From a virus, in the IMG/VR virus record IMGVR_UViG_3300031951_000014: a stretch of DNA of 64,000 bases. One strand, written 5' to 3'. Numbering within the stretch: position 1 is the first letter of the stretch; every line of letters begins with the position of its first letter. Made by a program: the position numbers and the translations under genes. The notes beneath the pieces were generated by a model that saw only the letters and a program-made list of their open reading frames with translations, was not told the origin of the DNA and made no database searches. Positions 1 to 11,128 of this stretch are shown here, piece by piece.

Positions 1-1331
1 TTTTCTACAATAAAGGTGTATTCAGATTTGAAGAGAAGATTGTAAATAAAGTATATATTACTTTTGAACAAGATCAGTTTAAGGATACAGTTATCAGACA
101 CGCGTACTGGACACCTTACGAAATTAATTCAACTACAAAATGGAATAATCAAACCCACTTTCAGCCAGAAGCAGTCTTGGGGGCTGCAGCACAAAACGTA
201 TCTTGGGATAAGAACACCTTAGTTCCTAACATAAATAGGCCAACTGACTTTAAATCTTCTGCTTCGGATACAAAGCAAATTACAGTGACTTACAACAATC
301 AAGTAGCAGGGGAAACAAAATACCAGGTTAAAATAAATGTTGGTCAAAATTCTTTTTATTGGTACAAAAAAGATGTTGATCTTAATATAGATTTATTTAC
401 AACAAAAGAAAATTCAATTGGGTTTTCCTCACAGGAATTAATGGACGCAACAAAGCAGCGTATGATAAACGCAAACTTCCCGTCTGCTTGTGTTTTAATT
501 GATCCGACAAAGTACGATCCAACAACAAATTTAAAAATAAAAATGAGTAGCATAAGCATAGCTTCTGGAATAGCTACTTTAAACACATCTGCAAACCATG
601 GTGTTTCAGTTGGCGACAAGGTTTACATAAGAGATAGATGGTCTACCGTTGATATTTTTGGCATATTTACAGTTACAGAAACACCAAGTGTAAATCAATT
701 TAAGTTCTCAGTAGGTTCATCTTCAACAACTTCTCTGCCTACAACAGACATTTCTAAAAGCTATGGGCTATGCATTAAAGTTTTGGATGCACCAACGCAA
801 AATAATATTGTTGTAGAAAAATACACTGAAAAAATTAATAAAGCTAATAAAGTATCTTTAAACCTTAAAAGAAACTTTGAAGAACTAAAGGCAAAAAGAG
901 CAAGTATAGGTATAAGAGATATTTCTTTTGGCAAAGAAACATTTCAAGAGTCAGCAGAAATAATATCAAAACCATTTTTTGTGACAGGAAACTTAGATAT
1001 GGTTACCTTGTACGCAGCGGATTTTATTCCAGAAGGTACTCAAAACCAATCATATGTTAAATATTCTATTAGCGTAGATGGTGGCGTCAAATATTTCCCC
1101 ATACAACCAATTGAAAGAAACTATACTGGAACTCCAGAAGTTTTAGTTTTTAATCAAAATTTAACTAATGATACAGCTCTTCCACAGATTATGTACTTGA
1201 ACAGTGGTAAAGATCCCGGAGTGCCGAATCCAATAAATTCGATTATAGTTAAAATAGAAATCAAAAAAGATAGGACAATAAACAACACACCAATAGTTTA
1301 TTACTATAAAATTGGAGCTAGGTTTAGGTAG
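1..1331 (+). CDS. Phage structural protein, probably baseplate/tail associated; 5'-truncated by the window edge (frame open from base 3)
   Basis: Long ORF; the frame is open upstream of the listed start (FYNKGVFRFEEKIVNKVYITFEQ...), followed by similar structural-type ORFs. Confidence 0.55.
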   Translation, partial: FYNKGVFRFEEKIVNKVYITFEQDQFKDTVIRHAYWTPYEINSTTKWNNQTHFQPEAVLGAAAQNVSWDKNTLVPNINRPTDFKSSASDTKQITVTYNNQVAGETKYQVKINVGQNSFYWYKKDVDLNIDLFTTKENSIGFSSQELMDATKQRMINANFPSACVLIDPTKYDPTTNLKIKMSSISIASGIATLNTSANHGVSVGDKVYIRDRWSTVDIFGIFTVTETPSVNQFKFSVGSSSTTSLPTTDISKSYGLCIKVLDAPTQNNIVVEKYTEKINKANKVSLNLKRNFEELKAKRASIGIRDISFGKETFQESAEIISKPFFVTGNLDMVTLYAADFIPEGTQNQSYVKYSISVDGGVKYFPIQPIERNYTGTPEVLVFNQNLTNDTALPQIMYLNSGKDPGVPNPINSIIVKIEIKKDRTINNTPIVYYYKIGARFR

Positions 1332-1333
1332 TT

Positions 1334-3541
1334 ATGTCTATAGAAAATATACAGAAAAAAAGATTTCTTGAAACAATATATAAAATATACTATTCTTTAG
1401 GATCAGAGCCTTCAACTGAAGAAATTTCTTCAATATACGGAAGATATTTTTCTAGATTTAAACCAGGTCAACCAATACCTGTTCCGTTTAATGATCTTAA
1501 CGCTAGCTCATATGTAGACATTGATAAACTCAATAGAATTTTAGTACACACAGGTTTTAACCTAGATGTTTTGTATGAAGACTATCATGAAGAACTTGAG
1601 CAACTTTATGAATTGGTTTCAGCATTTAAGTTTAGAATAGATAATTTAAAGAGTAGAAGAGCAGAACTAGAAAAAACAGTAGATGACTATTTGTTTAGCA
1701 TAAATAATACTGACGGGTACTACTTTGCTTTTACGGAAGCTTTTAACAATACAAATCATACAGACTTAAATAACACTACGGCAATTGTAGACACTTTGGC
1801 ACGAAAAGCATCATTGCCAAAAGAGACTTCAGGGCTGTTTAATTATGTTGGTAATATTTTAAACAAAGTTTCTAACGCCAAAGTAGATCTATATCTAGAC
1901 GGTCAAACAAAAATCAGTCAACAAAATACAGATTTTTCTAATGTTTTTAATGGCTTAAACAACAGTGAATGGTCCATGAAATATGAGTCCAGTACAATTG
2001 GAATTTGTACTCTAAAAATTAATGTACCAGTCACTCTATATAACACTGAAACTAGCGGCATATCAGTAGTTGAAGGAAGAATAAATTCTCAAAAACCAGT
2101 TGAAACAAGCATTTTAGTCATAGATCCTATAGATAGATCTAAGTCTTTATTTTTTACAAAAGATAGTGCAACTGATTACGATAATTTTTCTTTTAATTTT
2201 TCAACAAAAAAGACTTCTATGATAGAAATATACCTGACTAAAGTAGAGCCTGATTATGTTTCTGATAAAAATGGACAAATAGCTTATATATATGATTTCA
2301 GAATAGAAGAATTAATTATAACTGCTCCATACTATAGTTCTTCAGCGATTTATGTGAGTAAATCTATTGGCTTACCTAATGCTCAGAATCCAGACTTAGC
2401 AATAGATGAAGTTGTTTTTGACGCTGAGCAACAAGTGCCACCTGGTACTGCAATAAACTATTATGTGGCTGTAGATAATGGTTCATCTACAGATATAAAT
2501 TCTTTTAATTGGATTGGTATTTCTCCATCTTCAGAAAAAAATTCTAGTCAACCAAGTATTATTGACTTTAAGGGGACTAGACTTGTTGAATCAAGTTTAG
2601 ATAAACAAACTGGTACTTCGATTGATTCTACTTTTGATAGCATGATACAAATTCCAAGAACTACTACCTACAATAACCCTATACAAGCTTACTTCTATCA
2701 AAACGATGCTCTATCTAGAAATTTTAATGTCTATAGATTGTGTAAGTTTCCAAAAAATTCAGAGCCGTATGAACCATACATTCTGGAAAGCGTTACAAGC
2801 AATCAGATTCAAGTTTCTTATGTCACTGGAACTGCGTTAGATAGAACTACTTGGCAAGAAGTAATTTCTGGCACAAGAAATGACATCGTTTATACAACTG
2901 CATTTAATTCAGTGGAATCAACTCAAGAGTTCTACCAGGCTCAAAGTGTTCCATTTGGAAGCATATATTTAACAACAAATGTTTTTATGGACAAGCCACT
3001 CACAATAACAAAAAACTTTCTTAAATCTCTTGATGCTCAGTACTGGGATGTCAACGTGTATTTAAATGGCATAGAACTATCTAACGCTGGAATGCTAGCT
3101 CCAGGAATTTTGTCATCTTCATTAACGTGGAATTTTAATAAAGGACAAAATACAATACTTATCATTATTAACAAGTCTACAAATACTACTAATGGCATAG
3201 GCACTTCGTTTAATGGAAGTATTTCTTTGATGGAGAATCAGTCCCTACTAACGATACCTAATGCAGAAGTATACAGAAATTATTTATCCTATGTGAAAAT
3301 AGAAGATCTAAGAAATAGATATTCAAATAACGACAATGTTTTCTCAATAATAGATTATGAAAACAATAAGGAAATAGTATATAGAAGAACTGAAGAAATT
3401 AAAGATGGAAGTAAGGTATACTATTTTGCGAACAATCAAGACAGACCGCAGTTTATAAAGCTAAGAGCGGATTTTTTTAGGGGTTCAGATTCATACTCTT
3501 CTCCAGCTTTAAATTCTTATACATTAAAGTTTAAACACTAG
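1334..3541 (+). CDS. Large phage structural protein, 735 aa, beta-rich
   Basis: ORF length, tight spacing to neighbours. Confidence 0.55.
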   Translation: MSIENIQKKRFLETIYKIYYSLGSEPSTEEISSIYGRYFSRFKPGQPIPVPFNDLNASSYVDIDKLNRILVHTGFNLDVLYEDYHEELEQLYELVSAFKFRIDNLKSRRAELEKTVDDYLFSINNTDGYYFAFTEAFNNTNHTDLNNTTAIVDTLARKASLPKETSGLFNYVGNILNKVSNAKVDLYLDGQTKISQQNTDFSNVFNGLNNSEWSMKYESSTIGICTLKINVPVTLYNTETSGISVVEGRINSQKPVETSILVIDPIDRSKSLFFTKDSATDYDNFSFNFSTKKTSMIEIYLTKVEPDYVSDKNGQIAYIYDFRIEELIITAPYYSSSAIYVSKSIGLPNAQNPDLAIDEVVFDAEQQVPPGTAINYYVAVDNGSSTDINSFNWIGISPSSEKNSSQPSIIDFKGTRLVESSLDKQTGTSIDSTFDSMIQIPRTTTYNNPIQAYFYQNDALSRNFNVYRLCKFPKNSEPYEPYILESVTSNQIQVSYVTGTALDRTTWQEVISGTRNDIVYTTAFNSVESTQEFYQAQSVPFGSIYLTTNVFMDKPLTITKNFLKSLDAQYWDVNVYLNGIELSNAGMLAPGILSSSLTWNFNKGQNTILIIINKSTNTTNGIGTSFNGSISLMENQSLLTIPNAEVYRNYLSYVKIEDLRNRYSNNDNVFSIIDYENNKEIVYRRTEEIKDGSKVYYFANNQDRPQFIKLRADFFRGSDSYSSPALNSYTLKFKH

Positions 3542-3548
3542 GTATTAT

Positions 3549-3986
3549 ATGACAATTTCATATTCCGAAAACAATAAAAGAGAAACTATATTTGAGCCAC
3601 TGTTGAATAGGCAACGTTTGGTTTACAAGGGCCCTGTTCCTTCAAGCATATTAAACCTAGCCAATGACCAATTGTACATGGACATTAATAGGCTCAATAA
3701 AAAGCTTGAAAACCTCCAAGCTTTAATTGACCAATCTAGTGATATATCAAGAAATGATCTAAATTTAGCAACCCCAGATTACTATTTAAATGAAGATTTA
3801 TTAATGACGATATATTCACAGTACGTTTCATATGACGAAACCACTCAAGAATATGTAGTTGAATCAAGTACACCATATTATGAAGATAGTTTAGAGTTCA
3901 ATAAACCTCAGCTTAATTCTGCAATAATATCTAATTTGTCAAGAAAATTAGACATAATTGAAGCAAAATTAAGAGGAGAAAACTAG
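3549..3986 (+). CDS. Hypothetical structural protein
   Basis: ORF in a tightly packed gene block. Confidence 0.5.
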   Translation: MTISYSENNKRETIFEPLLNRQRLVYKGPVPSSILNLANDQLYMDINRLNKKLENLQALIDQSSDISRNDLNLATPDYYLNEDLLMTIYSQYVSYDETTQEYVVESSTPYYEDSLEFNKPQLNSAIISNLSRKLDIIEAKLRGEN

Positions 3987-3994
3987 GAGATTAA

Positions 3995-5257
3995 ATGTCT
4001 GATTTTATTTATACACAAAAAAAGCCAATTCAATATCATGGCCCTATTTCAAGCACTGACTTTAACGAGCGCATAGAACAAAATTATGCAGACTTGGTAT
4101 ATCTCTATAACAAATATGGTGTTTTGGATAAAAAAATTACTGAAATTATAGAAAGAATTGTTAAAGAAAATATGTTTTTGACTTCTGCTCTAAGAGATTT
4201 GCAAGACAGAGTTAGAAATATAGAAAGCATAAATACTAATCAGCTTTCTATCCACTCAAAAACACAGGTTGATTTGTCTGCATTTGTGTCAACAAGCTAT
4301 GCAATAGCAGCATCCGGTGCCCTAGAGTTCAATGATTACTACAATCATTTGACACTGCCTGCAGCATCTGGTTCATCTCATTCTAAGATAAAATTTGTTA
4401 ATTCTGTTAAGGGTCAAGTCATCCCAGACTTTTTGGAGACTAGAGTAGATCCTAATTTAGCAGGAGGCGATGGCAATGGAGCATTGATAGATACTACGCC
4501 AGTTCAATATGCGTTCTTGAATCAGCCAGATAAGGTTTGGAGAAGAAATGTTATTTTGAATGAGCCAAATCCACTTGGTGTTAGCATGTATGTGTATGTA
4601 AAAATTCCAATAGGATCTATTGGCAGTTCTTTAACTAACTCAATATCACTTTCCCCATTCCCGGCTAGTGGAGTTGACGTTGTTAAAATCGAATACACCA
4701 CAGTGCCAAGCCCAAGTCTAACAGATAAAGATGGGTACAGCCCCCTTAATTCAGGGTTATATGATAGTGAATATGACGCGTTAGGCAAGGTCCCACCAGG
4801 CGGTTGGTCAGTTGCTGGTTCAGATACGGTAGTTAATTCTAGCCCACTAAAGTTTTACTTTGCTGATACTCCGATAACAGCAATAAGGGTTCTTTTAAGA
4901 CAGAGAAATTATGTCAAAGAAAATAATGTATATGTTTATACTTATGGTCTCTCTGATCTTGATGTTAGGTATGACAAATTTATTACTTCTGGAAAAACCT
5001 TTATAAGATTTGATGCGCCAGCAGGCAATACGATTAATGAGGTTTTGAATGTCTCACCAAAAGTTTATAACGTAAGCCAATCACTATTGTCTAGTGTTTT
5101 TGGCTATAGGGTTTTTTACCCTAATGGTGGGAGTTATTCTTTAAATAACCCAAATACGTCTGATCATGTATATGTAGAGGTTACTTTAAATATGCTAGAG
5201 GACAAAATACCACCAGTTCTTTCAGATTTAATTATAGAAGTTGATTATAATTTATAA
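3995..5257 (+). CDS. Phage structural protein with coiled-coil N-terminus
   Basis: ORF; shares the KxPIxYxGPIxS-type N-terminus with the preceding ORF (VYKGPVPSS / IQYHGPISS). Confidence 0.5.
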   Translation: MSDFIYTQKKPIQYHGPISSTDFNERIEQNYADLVYLYNKYGVLDKKITEIIERIVKENMFLTSALRDLQDRVRNIESINTNQLSIHSKTQVDLSAFVSTSYAIAASGALEFNDYYNHLTLPAASGSSHSKIKFVNSVKGQVIPDFLETRVDPNLAGGDGNGALIDTTPVQYAFLNQPDKVWRRNVILNEPNPLGVSMYVYVKIPIGSIGSSLTNSISLSPFPASGVDVVKIEYTTVPSPSLTDKDGYSPLNSGLYDSEYDALGKVPPGGWSVAGSDTVVNSSPLKFYFADTPITAIRVLLRQRNYVKENNVYVYTYGLSDLDVRYDKFITSGKTFIRFDAPAGNTINEVLNVSPKVYNVSQSLLSSVFGYRVFYPNGGSYSLNNPNTSDHVYVEVTLNMLEDKIPPVLSDLIIEVDYNL

Positions 5258-5322
5258 TTAAAGGTGAAAATCGGCATTTCTTTTTACTATATAGATATAT
5301 TTTTCAATAAGGAGACAAATAA

Positions 5323-5943
5323 ATGGCTACTTTTTATGTAGGTCGTAGACCAGTCTTGAAGGGTCGCAACTCAAATGAGATGATTAACTCATTTAAGGGC
5401 ACAGCCGGCACCTATTCATTCTATCCACTCTTTGCAAAAGGTCTGTTGGATGGTGCACCAGACAATCATAATGTTCCTGGTAGTGGTGATCGCCCAGGTA
5501 ATAGATTTCTTTCACAACTCTTTACTGGATCAACCCTTTATGATGGCACAACGCCTTTGGCAGGAACTTTCCCAGATGGTAAAGCTACATACGACGGTTC
5601 AAGATACAGACCGCTTGAATACAAAGGCTTAGCTGGAGCACAGGCGTTTGGTAGTGGCTATGGTCATGCCGCAGACAGAGAAAATGACTATGCTCTTTAT
5701 AGCAACTACTTCTTTGATGGTGTTACTTCAGCGGAAGTATTTGCAAGTGGTTATGGTCATGGACCAAGAACAGAAGCACAAGGTGCAGCAGCATCGTTTG
5801 GCTTGTTTAGACCAACAGAATTTATTGGTGTAGCAAGTGCACAAATATTCACAAGTGGATATGGTCAGGCTAACACATCTTCTGATTATGGTAGAAACAA
5901 AGTTAGAGAATATAAAGGACTCGAGTCCACAAAAGCTCTCTAA
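5323..5943 (+). CDS. Gly/Tyr-rich repetitive structural protein (SGYGHG/SGYGQ repeats)
   Basis: ORF with RBS gaaaggag-like (aaggagac); repeats FGSGYGHA, FASGYGHG, FTSGYGQA. Confidence 0.6.
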   Translation: MATFYVGRRPVLKGRNSNEMINSFKGTAGTYSFYPLFAKGLLDGAPDNHNVPGSGDRPGNRFLSQLFTGSTLYDGTTPLAGTFPDGKATYDGSRYRPLEYKGLAGAQAFGSGYGHAADRENDYALYSNYFFDGVTSAEVFASGYGHGPRTEAQGAAASFGLFRPTEFIGVASAQIFTSGYGQANTSSDYGRNKVREYKGLESTKAL

Positions 5944-6008
5944 ACTTTTTCATCACAATAGTTGATGCAACAAAACACCTGCTATAATTAGCAGGGCGAA
6001 AAAATTAG

Positions 6009-6036
6009 ATTCCCGCCCCTAGTGGGCGGGAATTGT
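6009..6036 (+). terminator. Strong GC hairpin attcccgccc-ctagt-gggcgggaat
   Basis: 10-bp inverted repeat in an intergenic gap after the structural block. Confidence 0.7.
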
Positions 6037-6085
6037 ATTATTAGACCAAGTTTATAACTTTTGATACAAGCAAAGAGGATTACAT

Positions 6086-6778
6086 ATGTCTATACAACTA
6101 TTAGAGCAATTTGTTGCCAACAACGCTCTTACAGTTGAATTAGCTGATAAATATTTAACCTTATATTTGGGTGAATCAGATTGGCCAGAAAAACTTGCGC
6201 AGCTTTGGTCAGTACAAAAGAAAAAGCTTGGTGAAGATAAGGCAAAAGAATTCATAAAAAAATCTGTTGCATGTGCATGCCTGTCTCCAGTAATTAACAA
6301 AAGTGCGATACCAGAAGAAAAACACGTACTGCTTTTTTGGGTGAGTGGTTGGCCGCAGTTCAATGAAAGAGATTGGTTGTCCCTATTTAAGGATACAATC
6401 AAAACAGATATGCAAATAGAAAAAAATAGAGCCCTTATTCTTAAGGAAGGTATATTTGATCACATAGATATACCCCCCTTAACTAGGCAGGCTTATAACT
6501 GGCTGTATGAAAGACTAGACAAAGAGTCTTTCTCTAGCCAAGACAAAAAAGAAGAAGCTGTGACAAAAATGAAAAATCTTATTAAGATTTATGGCGGTGC
6601 AGTTGTCTGTAATTTGTTTACTAATTATAGTTCAAATGTAGAAAAAGTTTTAAACTGGAGAAGTGGATATTTTGTGGAAAAAGAAATTCATAAAATATAT
6701 TCTACAGAACAAATTATAAAAATAAAAAAAGCAGAAATGCAAAAAACCAATTCAAATTACGTAAAAACCATTAAATAG
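6086..6778 (+). CDS. Hypothetical protein
   Basis: ORF 230 aa. Confidence 0.6.
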   Translation: MSIQLLEQFVANNALTVELADKYLTLYLGESDWPEKLAQLWSVQKKKLGEDKAKEFIKKSVACACLSPVINKSAIPEEKHVLLFWVSGWPQFNERDWLSLFKDTIKTDMQIEKNRALILKEGIFDHIDIPPLTRQAYNWLYERLDKESFSSQDKKEEAVTKMKNLIKIYGGAVVCNLFTNYSSNVEKVLNWRSGYFVEKEIHKIYSTEQIIKIKKAEMQKTNSNYVKTIK

Positions 6779-6787
6779 GAGAAATAA

Positions 6788-8902
6788 ATGTCAGAAGAAA
6801 TTGAAAACGGAAATCCCGATTTAGCACCAATCGCCAATAAATTATCATCAATGTTTTCTTTTAAATTAACCGATGATTTTATAGCTAGCTATAAAGAAAA
6901 GATTGCTCCTTTTGGTTACAGAGATGCTGGAGGAAACTCTGTGGGTGAAATTACTTTTTTGCGTACATACTCACGCTTAAAAGAAGATGGAACTAAAGAA
7001 TCTTGGTCAGATGTTTGTGAGAGAGTTATCAACGGAATGTACTCTCTGCAAAAAGATCACTGTAAAAAGAATAGGCTTCCATGGAACGATGCAAAAGCAC
7101 AGGCTTCAGCTAAAGAAGCTTTTGATCGTTTGTTTAATTTGAAGTGGACACCACCAGGTCGCGGTTTGTGGGCTATGGGAACTAATATTGTAAACATACA
7201 AAAGAATTCAGCAGCACTTCAAAACTGCGCTTTTGTTTCTACAGCAGAAATGACTAAGTTAAATCCATCAAAGCCTTTTTCCTTCCTTATGGAAGCCTCT
7301 ATGTTGGGTGTTGGCGTAGGTTTTGACGACAAAGGTGCAGATAAAGACTTCACAATCTATTCACCAAATCCAGTAGACTCATCTACTGCGACCTATATTG
7401 TTCCTGATACTCGAGAGGGCTGGTATATCTCAACAGCAATGTTGATTGACTCTTATCTTAAGTCTTCTCAAAACGAAGTATATTTTGATTACTCTCTCAT
7501 AAGACCAGCTGGCACTCCAATTAAAACTTTTGGTGGCATTGCTGCAGGTCATGAGCCTTTAGAAAAGCTTCATAAGCAGATTAGAAAAATGTTTAATGGT
7601 AGAGCTGGAGAAAAACTTACAAGAAAAGACATCGCAGACATTGGTAACTTAATTGGTGTTTGTGTGGTTTCTGGTAATGTTCGCCGTTCCGCAGAACTTT
7701 TGATTGGCCGCATTGATGATCAAGATTTCTTAAATTTAAAAAACGCTGAAGTATTTCCAGAAAGAAACTCCTATGATTCAAATGCTCCAGGCTGGGGATG
7801 GATGTCAAATAACTCAGTGGAAACTGAAGTTGGGACAGACCTGAGCGCAATAGTAGAGGGCATAGCTCGTAATGGAGAGCCAGGAGTTCTCTGGATGGAT
7901 ATGAGCCGCAAGTATGGGCGCCTTGCTGATGCACCAAACAACAAGGATCATCGTGTAGCTGGCTACAATCCTTGCGCGGAACAATCATTAGAGTCTTTTG
8001 AATGCTGCACGCTAGTAGAAACTTATTTAAACAGACATGAAAGCCTAGAAGACTACAAGAGAACCTTAAAGTTTGCATACCTCTATGCAAAAACAGTTAC
8101 TCTTCTCCCAACACACTGGGAAGAAACAAATGCAATCATGCAAAGAAACCGACGCATCGGCACTTCTATGTCTGGTGTGGCAAACTTTGCTGATCGTGTC
8201 GGCGTTCCAGCTCTTCGTGAGTGGATGGACGAAGGTTACAAAACAATACAAAGATATGATAACGTTTACTCAGAATGGCTAGGTATTCGTGAATCTATTA
8301 AAATGACAACTGTAAAGCCATCTGGAACTGTGTCAATACTTGCTGGAGAGTCTCCTGGAGTCCACTGGACCCCAGGTGGAAAGTTCTTCAATAGAACAAT
8401 TAGATTCTCTAACGATGATCCAATGCTTCCCTTGTTTAGAATGGCTAATTACACAGTTGAACCAGCATCTGAATCACCAGATACAACATCTGTTGTATAC
8501 TTCCCAATTAAATCAGAAGCTGCAAGAGCAGAACGTGACGTAACAATATTTGAAAAAATGTCATTAGCTGCCATGGCACAAAGATACTGGTCAGATAATT
8601 CAGTATCTGTAACAATATCTTTTAATAAAGATACAGAAGCACAGCATGTTGGCACAGTTCTTCATATGTATGATGGACAGTTAAAAACTGTATCGTTTCT
8701 TCCAAGCGGAAACGACACATACCCGCAAATGCCGTACACTCAAATTACAGAAGAGGAATATACAACAGCTTCAATGTCTTTGTTTCCAATAGATCTCTCT
8801 GGAGTGTATGCTGGAATGGCAGCTGATGCTATTGGAGAGCGTTATTGCACAACAGATTCTTGTGAAATAAAATTTATAAAGGATAGCAATACACAACAAT
8901 AA
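6788..8902 (+). CDS. nrdJ: Adenosylcobalamin-dependent (class II) ribonucleoside-triphosphate reductase
   Basis: WTPPGRGLWAMGTN, NCAFVST, GYNPCAEQSLE motifs; the only large RNR subunit visible. Confidence 0.88.
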   Translation: MSEEIENGNPDLAPIANKLSSMFSFKLTDDFIASYKEKIAPFGYRDAGGNSVGEITFLRTYSRLKEDGTKESWSDVCERVINGMYSLQKDHCKKNRLPWNDAKAQASAKEAFDRLFNLKWTPPGRGLWAMGTNIVNIQKNSAALQNCAFVSTAEMTKLNPSKPFSFLMEASMLGVGVGFDDKGADKDFTIYSPNPVDSSTATYIVPDTREGWYISTAMLIDSYLKSSQNEVYFDYSLIRPAGTPIKTFGGIAAGHEPLEKLHKQIRKMFNGRAGEKLTRKDIADIGNLIGVCVVSGNVRRSAELLIGRIDDQDFLNLKNAEVFPERNSYDSNAPGWGWMSNNSVETEVGTDLSAIVEGIARNGEPGVLWMDMSRKYGRLADAPNNKDHRVAGYNPCAEQSLESFECCTLVETYLNRHESLEDYKRTLKFAYLYAKTVTLLPTHWEETNAIMQRNRRIGTSMSGVANFADRVGVPALREWMDEGYKTIQRYDNVYSEWLGIRESIKMTTVKPSGTVSILAGESPGVHWTPGGKFFNRTIRFSNDDPMLPLFRMANYTVEPASESPDTTSVVYFPIKSEAARAERDVTIFEKMSLAAMAQRYWSDNSVSVTISFNKDTEAQHVGTVLHMYDGQLKTVSFLPSGNDTYPQMPYTQITEEEYTTASMSLFPIDLSGVYAGMAADAIGERYCTTDSCEIKFIKDSNTQQ

Positions 8903-8919
8903 ATGATATAATCTCTATT

Positions 8920-9615
8920 ATGACAACAGAGAATAAGATATCAGTTCTTGATAAAGGCTATGTCCGACTGGTAGATCACATGGGCAGTGACCTATCAGTC
9001 GTCAATGCCGCTAGAGCATCCTTTGCAAAAGAGTCAGAAAACTTTTCACAAAACGACGCAAAGCTAATAAGCTTTTTAGCTAGAGAAAATCACATGTCTC
9101 CATTCAGACATGCGTTTATTACATTTGAATTTTATGCTCCGCTTATGGTTGCTCGTCAACACTGGAAGTACGTAGTAGGATCTGATCATACAATGGACTC
9201 CTGGAATGAATCGTCAAGAAGATATATAACACAAGAGCCAGAGTTCTATCTTCCAACAGCTGAACAATGGAGACTTGCAGCTGAAGATAAGAAGCAAGGT
9301 TCTGCTGGTTTAGCTGGGCCGTGGATAGGTTCTGTGCTTACAACAGAGTTAAAAGAACTAATGGAAAAGTGTGAATCACTTTATAATATGGCTATAGATA
9401 ATGGAATTGCACCAGAACAAGCTCGTTTATTTTTGCCAGCGTACGGGATGTATCTTTCATATAGATGGTCTTGCAGTCTTCAGTCAGTGGCTCTTTTCTT
9501 AAATCAGAGACTTTCTGAGGACTCCCAAGCAGAAATACAAGAGTATGCAAAAGCTGTGCATGAGCTAGTAAAACCTCTTTATCCAGTTTCTTTATACGCA
9601 CTATTGGGGATGTAA
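8920..9615 (+). CDS. thyX: FAD-dependent thymidylate synthase
   Basis: RHRhafn-like FRHAFITFEFYAPLMVARQHWKY and NESSRRY motifs. Confidence 0.9.
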   Translation: MTTENKISVLDKGYVRLVDHMGSDLSVVNAARASFAKESENFSQNDAKLISFLARENHMSPFRHAFITFEFYAPLMVARQHWKYVVGSDHTMDSWNESSRRYITQEPEFYLPTAEQWRLAAEDKKQGSAGLAGPWIGSVLTTELKELMEKCESLYNMAIDNGIAPEQARLFLPAYGMYLSYRWSCSLQSVALFLNQRLSEDSQAEIQEYAKAVHELVKPLYPVSLYALLGM

Positions 9616-9848
9616 TGGCAGCAGGTAAACTAAATTATATTGTTGTATACAAAAACTCTAGTCAAGTTTATGGATCAGCATCAAAAAAGATAGCACTTGA
9701 ATCAGCCCCACCAGAAGGTTGTAAGTTAGAGGACAAAAGAATTTTGTTTGTAACATATGAGCCAGATAGCGAAGAGATATCAGTGCACCAAGTGCCACAA
9801 GAAGAAGTGTTAAAAGCAGAAATAAAAGAGAAGAAAAGCAATGAGTAA
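9615..9848 (+). CDS. Hypothetical protein
   Basis: Coupled ORF. Confidence 0.5.
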   Translation: MAAGKLNYIVVYKNSSQVYGSASKKIALESAPPEGCKLEDKRILFVTYEPDSEEISVHQVPQEEVLKAEIKEKKSNE

Positions 9849-10077
9849 GAAAACCCATCAGAAAAAGAAAGTTCAAATTAAACTTGAAAATAACCAATCT
9901 TATTTAATAGAAGATCTAGAAATTCTTCTACATATCCAAAAAACATATGGTAGTATGTTGCGCGGAAATATTACAGAAAAAGAAAAAGATATCTATACAA
10001 GAATATTTTCTGCTATAAATTTATCAATTGAAAATGCTTTTATTGCCCCAGTAGATAGTGAAAATGATGAATGGTAA
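9841..10077 (+). CDS. Hypothetical protein
   Basis: Coupled ORF. Confidence 0.45.
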   Translation: MSKKTHQKKKVQIKLENNQSYLIEDLEILLHIQKTYGSMLRGNITEKEKDIYTRIFSAINLSIENAFIAPVDSENDEW

Positions 10078-10327
10078 ATCTAAGCTCGTAATAAGTTCTC
10101 TGTTTATACTTGGCTTTATTGCTGGTAAAATAAACCAAAAAAAGTTTATAGATAATAAAAATATAAAATCACAAACAATAAATACTCAACAGTATTTAAA
10201 TAGATTGAGCGAGTTTTTTATAGACGATTTGTCTAACGCAAAAGAAGATTTTTTTGAACTACTTGACATGGGCTTTAACCCAAGTGACTGTTTTGAAATT
10301 ACTATAGCAAAGAGCTCTTTGATATGA
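10058..10327 (+). CDS. Small membrane-anchored hypothetical protein
   Basis: Hydrophobic N-terminus VISSLFILGFIAG. Confidence 0.45.
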   Translation: MKMMNGKSKLVISSLFILGFIAGKINQKKFIDNKNIKSQTINTQQYLNRLSEFFIDDLSNAKEDFFELLDMGFNPSDCFEITIAKSSLI

Positions 10328-11127
10328 TAGACCTATGTATTGTTAATTACAACACAAGACCGATGCTGCAACGCATGTTGGATATGCTGCATGGTGATCT
10401 TAAATATACAAAAAAACTTTGGACTTTAAATATTTGTGATAATGGTTCTGTTGACGATTCTTGGAAATGGTTAGAATCTTTTAAAGATAAGTATTTTATA
10501 AATAAAGCTTGGAAGAATGAAAATGTGGGTTATTCGGCTGCGTGCAACCTTATGGCAGCAAATACTGATAGTGATATCATTTGTCTTTTGAATGCTGATG
10601 TGTGGCTAACTAGCGAAGATGTTGTGAAGGTCCAAAAAATATTTGATCAGAATCCAGATATACATATTCTTGGGCCAAAACAAAGAGATGAATCCGGAAG
10701 AATAACTCACGCGGGTATTGTAGGGACCAATACAGCACCAAAACATCGTGGTTGGAGAGAATACGATGCGGAAGACATTCTCTATAGAGACAGAGTAGAG
10801 TGCGTTACAGTCTCCGGATCTGCATATTTTATTAGAAGATCAGTTTGGGAGGCTCTTACAAATGACGAAGAGTACAGAAAGATGTATCCTCAGGCAATAG
10901 GGGCATTCCTTCCAACACCTCACTACTATGAAGAAACTTGGTGCTCATATTTTGCACGTCATCGTGGCTACAATGTAGTGTATGATGGAACAGTTTCTAT
11001 TGGTCATAGCTGGCATGCGTCTTCTCCGAAGCCAGGAGAAGGCTACAGCCACGCTGATGCTCAGTTCAAGGTAAGTCAATCAATATTTCGCAACGCATGC
11101 GACACTATAGGAATAGAAAGAGATTAA
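10324..11127 (+). CDS. Family 2 glycosyltransferase
   Basis: VNYNTRPMLQRMLD...ICDNGSVDDSW...NENVGYSAACNLMA...LLNADVWL, GT-A fold motifs. Confidence 0.85.
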   Translation: MIDLCIVNYNTRPMLQRMLDMLHGDLKYTKKLWTLNICDNGSVDDSWKWLESFKDKYFINKAWKNENVGYSAACNLMAANTDSDIICLLNADVWLTSEDVVKVQKIFDQNPDIHILGPKQRDESGRITHAGIVGTNTAPKHRGWREYDAEDILYRDRVECVTVSGSAYFIRRSVWEALTNDEEYRKMYPQAIGAFLPTPHYYEETWCSYFARHRGYNVVYDGTVSIGHSWHASSPKPGEGYSHADAQFKVSQSIFRNACDTIGIERD

Positions 11128-11128
11128 T

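Noticed and set aside
5432-5833. Alternative-frame ORFs 5432..5632 and 5648..5833 as genes
   Set aside because: They lie wholly inside the repetitive 5323..5943 CDS and have low-complexity M/V/H-rich translations; shadow ORFs.
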